Origin: Octopus bimaculoides
Taxonomy: Eukaryota
Length of the DNA: 48,978 nt
Assembly (NCBI RefSeq): GCF_001194135.2
Contig: NC_069002.1
Coordinates: 27,172,848-27,221,825, forward strand
Direction of reading: 5' to 3'
The translations under genes were made by a program, and so were the position numbers. The notes below the pieces were generated by a model that saw only the letters and a list, made by a program, of their open reading frames with translations, searched no databases and was not told the origin of the DNA. Below are positions 24,531 to 34,450 of this stretch, piece after piece. Each line of letters starts with the position of its first letter. Position 1 is the stretch's first letter.

Positions 24531-25038
24531 AAAACAAAAACATTTGAAATATACTCCCAAATATAATTGATAGAACTGTGTACATATTCTCTCTTGTGAG
24601 GACGTCTTGTGTATAGTTCTGCAAATTATATTTTCCATGTCGGTCACACTGACGATTGGCAGATATTTATGTAATATAAATGATAACAATGAAACCATGG
24701 TATGTGACTAATCATTATATTTTGTAGCTTTTCATTTGTCTTGCTTGCTTTACATTCTGGCGTTTGCCGAATTTTCTTGAGAACAAAGTTTCTTAGTAGT
24801 CAGACCATATGGGGTCTACATTTAGCATATTAGGAGTTCACCTAATGGGCATTCCTCTTATATGTATGTAATATAATTTTCTGAATCTTCAGATTTTTTT
24901 CAATATGCTAGGCTACTGGTTTGAATTGATATTAATCTAATTAGTATCAATTTTTTACTCTTATCATATATATATATATATATATATATATGGGCATCCA
25001 GTTGTAGAAACTCTGCCAAATCAGATTGGAGCCTGGTG

Positions 25039-25165
25039 TAGCACTGTTTGGAACCGCTCGTATACTCCGGAAGGTTTTCGAAAAATAAGAGGTGTTACCT
25101 TAGTTCACTGTTAGTGAACAGCTGACACCATAGTACATCTCCAGCATTAGAAGCTGTGCAAATGC
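25039..25165 (+). mobile_element. R4/Dong-like (restriction-like endonuclease) LINE 3' end, 5'-truncated
   Basis: ALFGTARILRKVFEK* plus short UTR, followed by (AAT)n. Nearly identical to 25878-25975. Confidence 0.75.
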
Positions 25166-25209
<44 letters not shown>

Positions 25210-25218
25210 TAATAATAA

Positions 25219-25732
25219 ATGCCCGGATGCAGTACCAGGCAGTAGCNNNNNNNNNNTGTCTTGGTATAAAAGATGGGCTACAGCAAATATTCTGCTTAAT
25301 ACCACAGATTTGCTTGTCAGTTGTTTGACCGTAACCAGTTGAACATGTCCCTTGGTGGCTGACAATATGTGCATCTCTGATCATGAGCAGAAGTAGTTAG
25401 GGAGCATCATAGCCATATGTTGAGAGGAGTTCTTTGGGGTTTGAATAATTCACCTTTGGAAACATGGGTGTTTTGCTCAACACCCTTAAACAAATCTTAT
25501 TCAGGGACCTTTTGAGCCGGATGGGCTACTTGACCTGAAGAAAATTCTAACTGAGCCCCACATGAGAGGTCATGCACTGTTTATCTTGATATGAGATCAC
25601 CATGTCGCACACATATGGTTGTGATGCATGTGCCTGGTGTACCCTTATCAGACGGGTAGTCATGATGGGTACACTGGGCTTCGTATATTTTACCCCAGTG
25701 TCACTTTGATGGCATGCACTGCTCTCTCACTC
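25219..25732. repeat. Unclassified GC-richer interspersed element bounded by (AAT)n tracts
   Basis: Sharp composition boundaries, an (AAT)n tract at each end, and no long ORF. Confidence 0.45.
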
Positions 25733-25766
25733 AATAATAATAATAGTAATTAATAATAATAATAAT

Positions 25767-25975
25767 GATAGAAGTACGTGGAACAAATAGAGGCTGCAAT
25801 AAGGGTGGAGCACTATCTTGAGAAGTACAAGGAACAAATAGGGGCTACAATAAGGGTGAAGCACTTGCAGAAAATAGCACTGTTTGGAACCGCTCGTATA
25901 CTCCGGAAGGTTTTCGAAAAATAAGAGGTGTTACCTTAGTTCACTGTTAGTGAACAGCTGACACCGTAGTACATC
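25767..25975 (+). mobile_element. R4/Dong-like LINE 3' end within (AAT)n
   Basis: EKYKEQIGATIRVKHLQKIALFGTARILRKVFEK*, the LQK..LLGTA.ILR terminal motif of RLE LINEs. (AAT)n on both sides. Confidence 0.8.
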
Positions 25976-26108
25976 TCACTCAATAATAATAATAATAATA
26001 ATGATAATAACAGTAACAATGATAATGGTGGTGGTAAAAAGATTAATTTGTTTTTCTTACAGGTGTGTATAGTAAATGACAGTTAACAAAGGATTTTTTT
26101 CTTCTTAC

Positions 26109-26186
26109 CATGTGACCTTCTTTGCTGTGAACATCTATATAAACCCAAGTTTCGGTTGTATGGCCATCCCCGTAGACATATTGCCA
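26109..26186 (-). CDS. SOD-repeat protein gene, 78-bp internal exon
   Basis: tttgtttcag acceptor and ATG|GTAAGA donor, phase 0/0. Encodes WQYVYGDGHTTETWVYIDVHSKEGHM, continuing GYVQM in the same way as the G.V.F.Q...T.I.V strands of the other repeats. Confidence 0.85.
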
Positions 26187-26284
26187 CTGAAACAAATTAC
26201 AGCAGTGAGGGTAACAAAAAAGACATTGAGGTGAAAAAACTAATTAACAGAAGAGAGAAAAAGAATTGGGGAGTTGAAGCAAGT

Positions 26285-26479
26285 GTTGTTGTTGTTGTTG
26301 ATAATGATGATGATGATGACAATGAAGATAGTGGTGGTGGTGGTGGTGGTGGCGGTTTGATGTTATTGTTGCTGCTCCTGTTGATGTCATTATCGTCTTT
26401 GTTATTGTTGATGCCACCTCCGCCAGCCCTGACACCGATAACAACAACGATGATGATGATGATGGTGATGATGGTGATG

Positions 26480-26511
<32 letters not shown>

Positions 26512-26550
26512 GGTGATTATCATGGTGATGATGGTGGTAGTGGTGGTGAG
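26285..26550. repeat. Compound (GTT)/(GAT)/(GGT) trinucleotide microsatellite region
   Basis: Seen directly in the sequence. Confidence 0.9.
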
Positions 26551-27040
26551 AATGGTTAGGGTTTTAATGACTATTTTGTCCTACAGGTAGATCAGTCATG
26601 ATTGTATGGCCAGACATACGACAAAATACAAACCAACTGTGGTCATTCCATTCTTACCATTTAAAAACTCACTTTAACCATTTAATAACCCGTTTTAACA
26701 ATTAAAAAACTCATCTTAAAAATTTACTGTTTTGTATGTCTTATTTTGGTTAAAATGGTTCTTTTCTGCAAAGTAATTCTTACAGAAACATTTTAATAAA
26801 ACTTTGGAAGAAATTTGCTATTTGGGTAGGAACTGTTTATCTACATATATGACCATCACTGCTCACCTTTTCAGTGATGTGTGTGGGTGTGTGAGAGAGA
26901 AAGAGACACAAAGGGAGATAGAAAAGAAAAAAGTAAAAGAGTTATAGAGAAAGAAGTGCATATATATATATTATATTATATTATATTATATTATATTATA
27001 TTATATTTTATTATATATATATATTATTATATTATATTTC

Positions 27041-27222
27041 AATTTCATGTTACACATGTTTCGTTACAGAATAGGAGTTACAAAGTATGTATACATGTAG
27101 AAAACATATTTGGGATCTCCTTTGTCTAAAGAATTACAGATAGGAGATCCCTAACACGTTTTCTACATGTATATATACTTTGCAACTCCTATTCTGTAAC
27201 AAAACGTGTGTAACATGGAGTT
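27041..27222. repeat. Long inverted repeat (foldback), arms ~80 bp at ~90% identity
   Basis: CATGTTACACA..GGGATCTCCT (from 27046) pairs with AGGAGATCCC..TGTGTAACATG (to 27217); spacer ~18-20 nt. Confidence 0.92.
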
Positions 27223-28511
27223 AAAAATATACCATATTTCCTGGTCATTGTCTTAGTATATACTTACTCGGCAAATATAATTTACCAGAACTTTCAACTG
27301 GTATGTAAGCTACACTTGAAATAAATCATCTATATACATATATTTGATTGCTGGAACATACTATGTGTTACATCTTTAAGTTATAAGATGTAGCACAGAT
27401 GTGTGTGTGTGTATATGTGTGCGTGTGCATGCTTATGTGCATGCATGCTTGTTTGCATGCATATGCATGTGTTAATTTTCTTTGAGTCATATTCAAGTTC
27501 ATCTTAAGACAGCAGACGAAGTAACAACAAGAATGGTTGCCAATGAAGTAACAACACTTTCTGAGTTAAAAGAGTTCCTGGTGTTTTAATATGTGGCTGA
27601 GTTGTTGTGTTGGTTGAGCTGTTGGCACACACACCAAAGTGTGCGCATCTATTCCCCAAATGAATCTCAGATGGAGATTCTTTGGAATGTCATACAAATC
27701 TGTAAGTCATAAGAATATGTATATATGTACTTGAAGGTACTATATGACAGGAATTATTGGATGATTGTCAAAAGTTTTGTCTTTATGCCACATATCAAAG
27801 CAAGAAGTTCAACATGCCAAACAAATTATCTCTCCACCAAACGAAACAACATCAAGAGAAATTCCATAACTGGGAATCAAACCTTTGTTGAAGATTTTGC
27901 TTGTCAAAAGCAGCACGCCATTGAGAATGTACAAACACACACATGCACACATATACACACACACATGTATGCATGCATATATATGTGCAATTATGCAATT
28001 ATATATATATATGCAATTATATATATATAATTAAAATCAAAATTAAAGCAGAGAGTTTATCTCACGATTCGAGTTTCATGCCAGTGCAATCATCATTAGA
28101 TCTTGCCTGATGATCACACTGGCATGAAGCTCAAGGCACACTACACAAGCTCTCAGTTTTAATTTTAACAACAAAAGCATATCCTCTACAACATGTATTG
28201 AGCACTCCTTTCTCATTTGTTTGACATTAATAACATATGACTATATATATATATACATACACACACAAGAATGAATGAAACTGATTCTAATTTAGGCACA
28301 AAGCCACTAATACTTTGAAAAGTGGGGTTTGGTAAATTTAATCTGCCCCAGTATTTGTCTAGTACTTTACTTTATCAACACCTGAGGGATGAAAATTGAC
28401 CATGGTAGAATTTGAACTCATAACATAAAGATTAATAACAAATACCGCTACCCACTTTTTTCTGCCGACCAACTGCTCTTATATATAATGATATAAATAT
28501 AATAAAATAAA

Positions 28512-28759
28512 TGTGCCCTTTTAAAGCCTAGCCAGGCTCATGGGCCCGGCTTTCCAGTTTCAATGGCGTATGTGTTCCCCAGCTGGACGGGACGCTAGTC
28601 CATCACAGCATTACTCATTTTTGCCAGCTGAGTGGACTGCAGCAATGTGAAATGAAGTGTTTTGCTCAAGAACACAACGCGTTGCCCGGTCCAGGAATTG
28701 AAACCACAATCTTACAATCATGATGCTGACACCCTAACCACTAAGCCATGCACCTCCAC
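28512..28759 (-). mobile_element. SINE family D (C2-type head and body, V-domain-like 3' part)
   Basis: Head GTGGAGGTGCATGGCTTAGTGG..GGTTTCAATTCC, C2 body, then GATGGACTAGCGTCCCGTCCAG (V-domain-like by recollection). Matching fragment at 47180-47290(+). Confidence 0.75.
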
Positions 28760-28806
28760 AATGTAATATAATATATAATATTTTTAAAGATATATTTTCA
28801 ACTCAC

Positions 28807-30740
28807 CATTTGCACATACCCATAAATTGAGCCCCACAAATCAATTCGTGCTTCCCATCGTTCAGCCTTAGAATAATCAAAAGAGAAGTTACCACATCCT
28901 TTCAGGTTCTTATAGTCATAAGACACAGCCATCGCTCTCTCCATTACACTTGCAGGTCCGTAAAGACACAGATTATAATCTCGCATTTTTCTTCTATCCT
29001 TTCCGCGGTCTTCAAAATAACCAAATTTGCCACTCATGTCTCCCATGGGATATTGACTTGGAGATCCTTGTCCAACTGAGGGTAAACTCTCTGGAGGAAT
29101 GCTAAAAGGGTTCCAAATTGATGAAAGTGCTGTCTTGGAGCAGGATTGATGACTATCTTCAACTGCAGGATTAGAATAAATTGCCCAAGAATTTATTCCA
29201 TTATTTAAGCCATCCATATTCATAGAGACCATGGGTGCATCGAACTCAGTTTCTTGTGTAAAGGTTATTTTACCTTGAAGCTGAGTTTTAGAATCAATCA
29301 GGTGTGGCATTGTGGCTTGGTATGGCCAGTGGCGGTAGATTGTTGCACATGCAAGTCTGTTCTGTCTGTTTGTATCAAATATAACAACAGAAGTTCCTTC
29401 TACACTGTAGGGTCCATGGAGTGGCAAAAAAGTTGTTGTCATGAACGTCTTCTTGGCTGGTTGCCGTTTAGCACCAGATCGAATTTGTATTCCTCCCAGT
29501 CGTTTCGTTGTATCACCAACTGCACAATGAAAACCACGTTCTCTGGTACAGGTTTCATTATATTGTCCATCTAGACGAAGATTAAAAGGGTTGAACACAT
29601 TCCCTGTTGAACTGCATCTTCGAGCACTATCCTTGTCATTCCAATCAGTTGACCTCCGTTCTGCAATTTTCCAAACATGATCTGTAGTTGGTCCAGACCC
29701 ATCACTGTAATCAAGTTCAAAATAGATCGATGTATCTGACATAGCATCGGATTTACTTTGTCTCAGCATCATATAACCAAGCACGGGGTACCAAAATTTT
29801 GCCATAAGAATCACTGTGTCTTCTGGATAGTTAACATTGGCACAAAACCAGCGACTACCATCTGTTCTGTGTACAACAAAAGATCGTCCAATGATGCTAT
29901 ATTCTTCAAACAGGGGTAAGTTCCAGTCCCAATATACTTCCGAGAAGCTGTCACGACCATTCAACTTACCAAATTTACCACTCAAATCACCAACTTCATA
30001 TTGGTCATTAGTACCATTTCCAGGTGGTGGTGATTCACTTTTTTTGACTTGAAAAGGATTCCAGTGACCAGAAATTTCATCGTTTGAACATTGGTCATTT
30101 AGTGAAATGCGTTGAGGAACTGGATATACATGTATATGGTAAGCAGAAGCACGATCATTGAGGTCGTTGAAGTTCACTTGAAGAATTGTTGGATCGTATG
30201 GTGAATCTTGTTCAAAACGCACATAACCATAAGCTCCGTCACCATCAAAGTTGACCTGTGCTGTCTTATGTGTGTATGTTTGGATAAAACTACAAGCAAT
30301 CACTTCATCGTTTTCATCAACAATTCCGATCCATTTACCAATAATGTTGTTAGTACCAGTCAACCATATATTTGGTTCCACCCAAGCTTCTCTGGCATCA
30401 TATGGTAAATTACCTACAGGTAACATAGGTAGGTTCTCCACCCTATTTCGGGGTTGGTAACGAGTTTTCAGTGAACGACACATGGTAGCAGATTCTGTTC
30501 TGCTAGTTGGATGAAAGAAATACCATTTATAAGAAGCCCGTTGTTGGCTTCCTGGGGCCATGTAGAACAAATCTGAATAAATAGTTGTATAATTAGATTG
30601 CTCATGCTGCCGGAAAATAACACGACCACCTATGGAATTTTGAAGACGTGCATAAGCTGTTACATGACGTCCTTTAAACATAATAGTGGCACAGGCTGGG
30701 TCTTTTACAGACCGGTTAGGCTTTAGAAGCAGAGTGTAAC
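28807..30740 (-). CDS. SOD-repeat protein gene, 1934-bp main exon (end of repeat 1, repeats 2-5, start of repeat 6); CSRP-like
   Basis: Stop-free frame for 644 codons; ttttttcttctacttcag acceptor and ATG|GTGAGT donor. Repeated SOD motifs: YHIH..GHWNP..EVGDLSGKFG..LPLF..SIIGRSFVVH..GSRWFCA; CAVGDTTKRLG..LPLHGPYSVEG..RLACATI; PMGDMSGKFG..LCLYGPASVM. The ORF track covers 28798-30681 only because it starts at an internal ATG and reads into the donor. Confidence 0.96.
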
Positions 30741-30945
30741 CTGAAGTAGAAGAAAAAAATTTAATTTAGCGTTTGGAGTAAAAGTGACCAATCAAATTAA
30801 ATTAAATCCAAATCCAAAACAACAAAAAAGATAACGAGTTTAAAAGCATGTTATTTACTGAGCTCTTAATTAACAGGGATCTATTTTTTCATGTTTATAC
30901 AACAGTTACATATATACATATGGGTGTGTGTGAGCATGTGTGTGG

Positions 30946-31002
<57 letters not shown>

Positions 31003-31113
31003 AATATATCAATTAAGGTGAAAGACAAAATTCAAAGAATTCACTATTCTTAAAACAAAGGAAAAACAGAAAGGGACAAAAGTAAATAACAAAATAAAGA
31101 ATAGATCACAAAC

Positions 31114-31205
31114 CTAGAATTCCGTTTAAGCCCCAAAGGTTCACTGTACGTGCAGTACTTTGTTCTTCATTGCCAAGAGTAACAGTTCCGGTTTCGGGTG
31201 TAAAC
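31114..31205 (-). CDS. SOD-repeat protein gene, 92-bp internal exon
   Basis: ataattctag acceptor and G|GTTTGT donor. Encodes (R)FTPETGTVTLGNEEQSTARTVNLWGLNGIL(G), phase 2 in and phase 1 out. LWGLNGILG-YTLLL parallels the LPLFxxxSIIGRSxV strand of SOD folds and joins the next exon in frame. Confidence 0.8.
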
Positions 31206-32584
31206 CTAGAATTATTATGCAAAGAAAGCCTTCATATTGTCATTGAATTGAATCATGTCATTAATTAAAATTAATTTGATTACATTAAGTTAAATTAAGT
31301 AATTATATTAATTATAAGCCAAGAATCAGAAAAAAATAAAGATGTGTACAGATACACACACATATTTATATATGTGCACACATGCACACATACACATCCA
31401 CAAATATTGATACGTTTAGATGGATATAGTATAACCATCTCGCATAGACTTAAGTAACTGAAAAGTGTCTATTTACGAACAAGAAAAATAACAATTTATA
31501 AGGGATAAGAGGTTAATAGGTTATTCACATATATGCATATATACACATATACAAATATCAATACGTTTATATGGATATAGTATGACCATCTTGCATAGAC
31601 CTAAGTAGATGAAAAATCTCTGTTTAAGAAAAGTAACAACTTATAAGGGATAAGAGGTTAATAGGTAAGGATATGAAAATAAGAAAACAAAATAAAAATT
31701 TATAGAAAATAATAAGAAATACATATAACCTACATTTAAAGAGAGGCTATTAAAATTTGAGGTAGAGAATAGATAAAGGTAACCTGAAAAGAGGAGGTAG
31801 TAGGTATGGGGGTAGTGAGGGCAGTTAAAGGTATTCAGACCAAAGAGATTCTATAAGTTGTAATGTTACAGGTGCTATTATATATATAGGATTTTATAGT
31901 TTCTAGGGGGTATGTAATTAGGAGACTTGCTTACATAAAAGCCATTACAAATATATATGAAATGATCAGTAGGGTAGAACATCATAGAAAGGAACAAATA
32001 GTTTAATCACCAAAATATAGTGAAGTCAGACAAACTAGGTAGGAGTTATCATGGGATAGTAACTACATATAGCACACCATATACCATAGCATATAGCTTA
32101 TAATATATGCAATGCAATTTAATTCACCATATAACATAATATGCCATGATTTTATTATATTTAATACTCGAGAGTAAGTTTACAATGGATACGACACCAA
32201 AATTAATTTCCGCCATCAAATTTCAAGTATGCCACCTATGATCGTTAATCTCAAAAATACTTAAATGTATGGGTGACGATATGCACACATGATTTCCTTA
32301 GGTCTAATCTATTATTAATCAGGTTGTTCTTGTCCCTGTACTTAAAAATCTCATAAGTTTCCATAGAGCACAGCTCACATCCGTATCGACTATCTCTATA
32401 AGGCTGATGTAATGATTGCATTGTTCAATTAAATGGAGCTGCTTGAAACGGTCGTACTGCATCACTTCTTAATATCCTGTTGCTTATTTTGATTTTATTC
32501 ACCTTACTTTGAGGTGTGCGGATAATACCAGACTGAATTGGTGCTTCAACTTAAGTACCTAATTCAAATAAATCTCAATTATTC

Positions 32585-32833
32585 ATTTATATACTCTTAC
32601 TCTTTACTCTTTTACTTGTTTCAGTCATTTGACTGGACCCATGCTGGAGCACTGTCTTTAGTCGAGCAAATCGACCCCAGGACTTATTCTTTGGAAGCCT
32701 AGTACTTATTCTATTGGTCTCTTTTTGCTGAACCACTAAGTTACGGGGACGTAAACACACCAGCATTGGTTGTCAAGCGATGGGACAAACATAGACACAC
32801 AAACACACTTACACATATATATATATATATATA
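32585..32833 (-). mobile_element. SINE family A copy (3' half)
   Basis: Reverse complement of 4230-4436. Confidence 0.85.
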
Positions 32834-33042
32834 NNNNNNNNNNNNNNNNNNNNNNNNNNNNNNNNNNNNNNNNNNNNNNNNNNNNNNNNNNNNNNNNNNN
32901 NNNNNNNNNNNNNNNNNNNNNNNNNNNNNNNNNNNNNNNNNNNNNNNNNNNNNNNNNNNNNNNNNNNNNNNNNNNNNNNNNNNNNNNNNNNNNNNNNNNN
33001 NNNNNNNNNNNNNNNNNNNNNNNNNNNNNNNNNNNNNNNNNN

Positions 33043-33114
<72 letters not shown>

Positions 33115-34020
33115 GGTATATCTAGAAGACCCAAAGAGTGGCAGGTAACGCTAAGTATGTGCTATGGACAGACAATAGTTAAACTCTTGGTTCAATAGTG
33201 ATACGAGTGAAGAGTCTAACAGGGTATTTTATTAGCATGCATATATATATATTAGACAAAATAAGATAACAAAACCAAGGCTGTGAGGATTTTTCAGGAC
33301 GTTTATAAGGAAAAAGATATAGATATAGTTTTACAGCTGTTTCTGGGATATTATGGATATCCTTCATCAGAGACGATGTGAGATGGTTAAATGGAGGTAA
33401 ATATTTGAGTTCGAAATAAGGGATTATTATGGAAGAGGAGGAGATAGGGAATATAGAGGGAAATAAGAGAATGAAAGTAGAAATAAAAATATAAAATATA
33501 TAAAGATATTGTAGTTGCAGTTCCATTATTCAAGGAAAGTGGTGCTAAAATGTTTCCTGTACATGGTATGTAAGTTCCACTAGTAGTTCATGTTTAGTCC
33601 TTTTAAAGAATGGAACCGTGGATTTTGTGTTGCTCATTCAAATGGGATTCCAGTTTGTTGTGATAGGACACTTTTGAACTCAGAATGCACAGAGCTGGAA
33701 CAGACAGTGCAAAGCATATGTCCTGATCCTTAACAATTCTGCCAATCTACCCACTTTATTGGTTCTAATTTTTATTGATTTCAAAATTGAATAAAAATCA
33801 ATAAAAATTTATTTTTATTGATTTTAAAACAAAGTTTATTGTGTTGGAATTCAACTCAGAGCACATAAAATTGATACAAATATCACTGGGATACTATCTT
33901 GCACTCTAATGATTCTGCTAATAGTTTTTCCTGCAGCAGGATTAATCCTTATGTAATTGCACCAGTCACTGTTTTATGATTTTTTTTCTGCTCATATATG
34001 ACACCTAATGCCATTATATA

Positions 34021-34297
34021 AAGGGCAGTTGTGGCAGTGTGGTAAGAAGTTTACTTCCCAACTATATGGCTGTGGGTCAATCCCACTGCATGCACCTAGG
34101 GCAGGTGTCTTCTACTATAGCCTCAGGCCAGCCAAAGCTTTGAAACCTAGCAGTTCAGCAAAAGAGATTGATAAAATGAATACTTGGCTACAAAAAAAAA
34201 AAAAAAACCATACTGGTCTTGAATCATTCAAATAAAATTCTTCAAGGCAATACTCCAGCATGGTCTGAAGCAAGTAAGCGATAAAGGATAAAAGATA
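34021..34297 (+). mobile_element. SINE family A with tRNA-like head, internally deleted and old
   Basis: A-box-like TGGCAGTGTGG and B-box-like GGGTCAATCCC, then the family A body jumping to the 3' part. Confidence 0.7.
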
Positions 34298-34410
34298 GTT
34301 GTTTGTTAAGTCTATAATTCACATCTAATTCAAATTTAATGTCCTTCAGATAATATACAGGATAAGACAAAAAGCAAAACCAGGAATTATTGGAGAATTA
34401 AATAACTTAC

Positions 34411-34450
34411 CTTTCACCAATATAGCGTTCATTGCATTTATCTACTTCAC
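34411..34450 (-). CDS. SOD-repeat protein gene, most upstream visible exon (partial; 5' part lies in N-gap 34451-34863)
   Basis: Reads (x)EVDKCNERYIGE(R) and ends at AG|GTAAGT. The phase-2 end matches the phase-2 start of the 31205 exon, giving CNERYIGER-FTP, which resembles the C..xG..(F/Y)NP segment of the other repeats. Confidence 0.6.

Noticed and set aside
27490-27712. Exon-like segment (plus-strand GTAAGT at ~27708; minus-strand hydrophobic-ended frame)
   Set aside because: In-frame stops, no phase-compatible role in the gene, and no recognised homology.
31165-31210. CCCGAAACCGG on the minus strand, first read as a hammerhead stem III
   Set aside because: There is no CUGANGA core, and it is coding sequence (TPETG) of the 92-bp exon.
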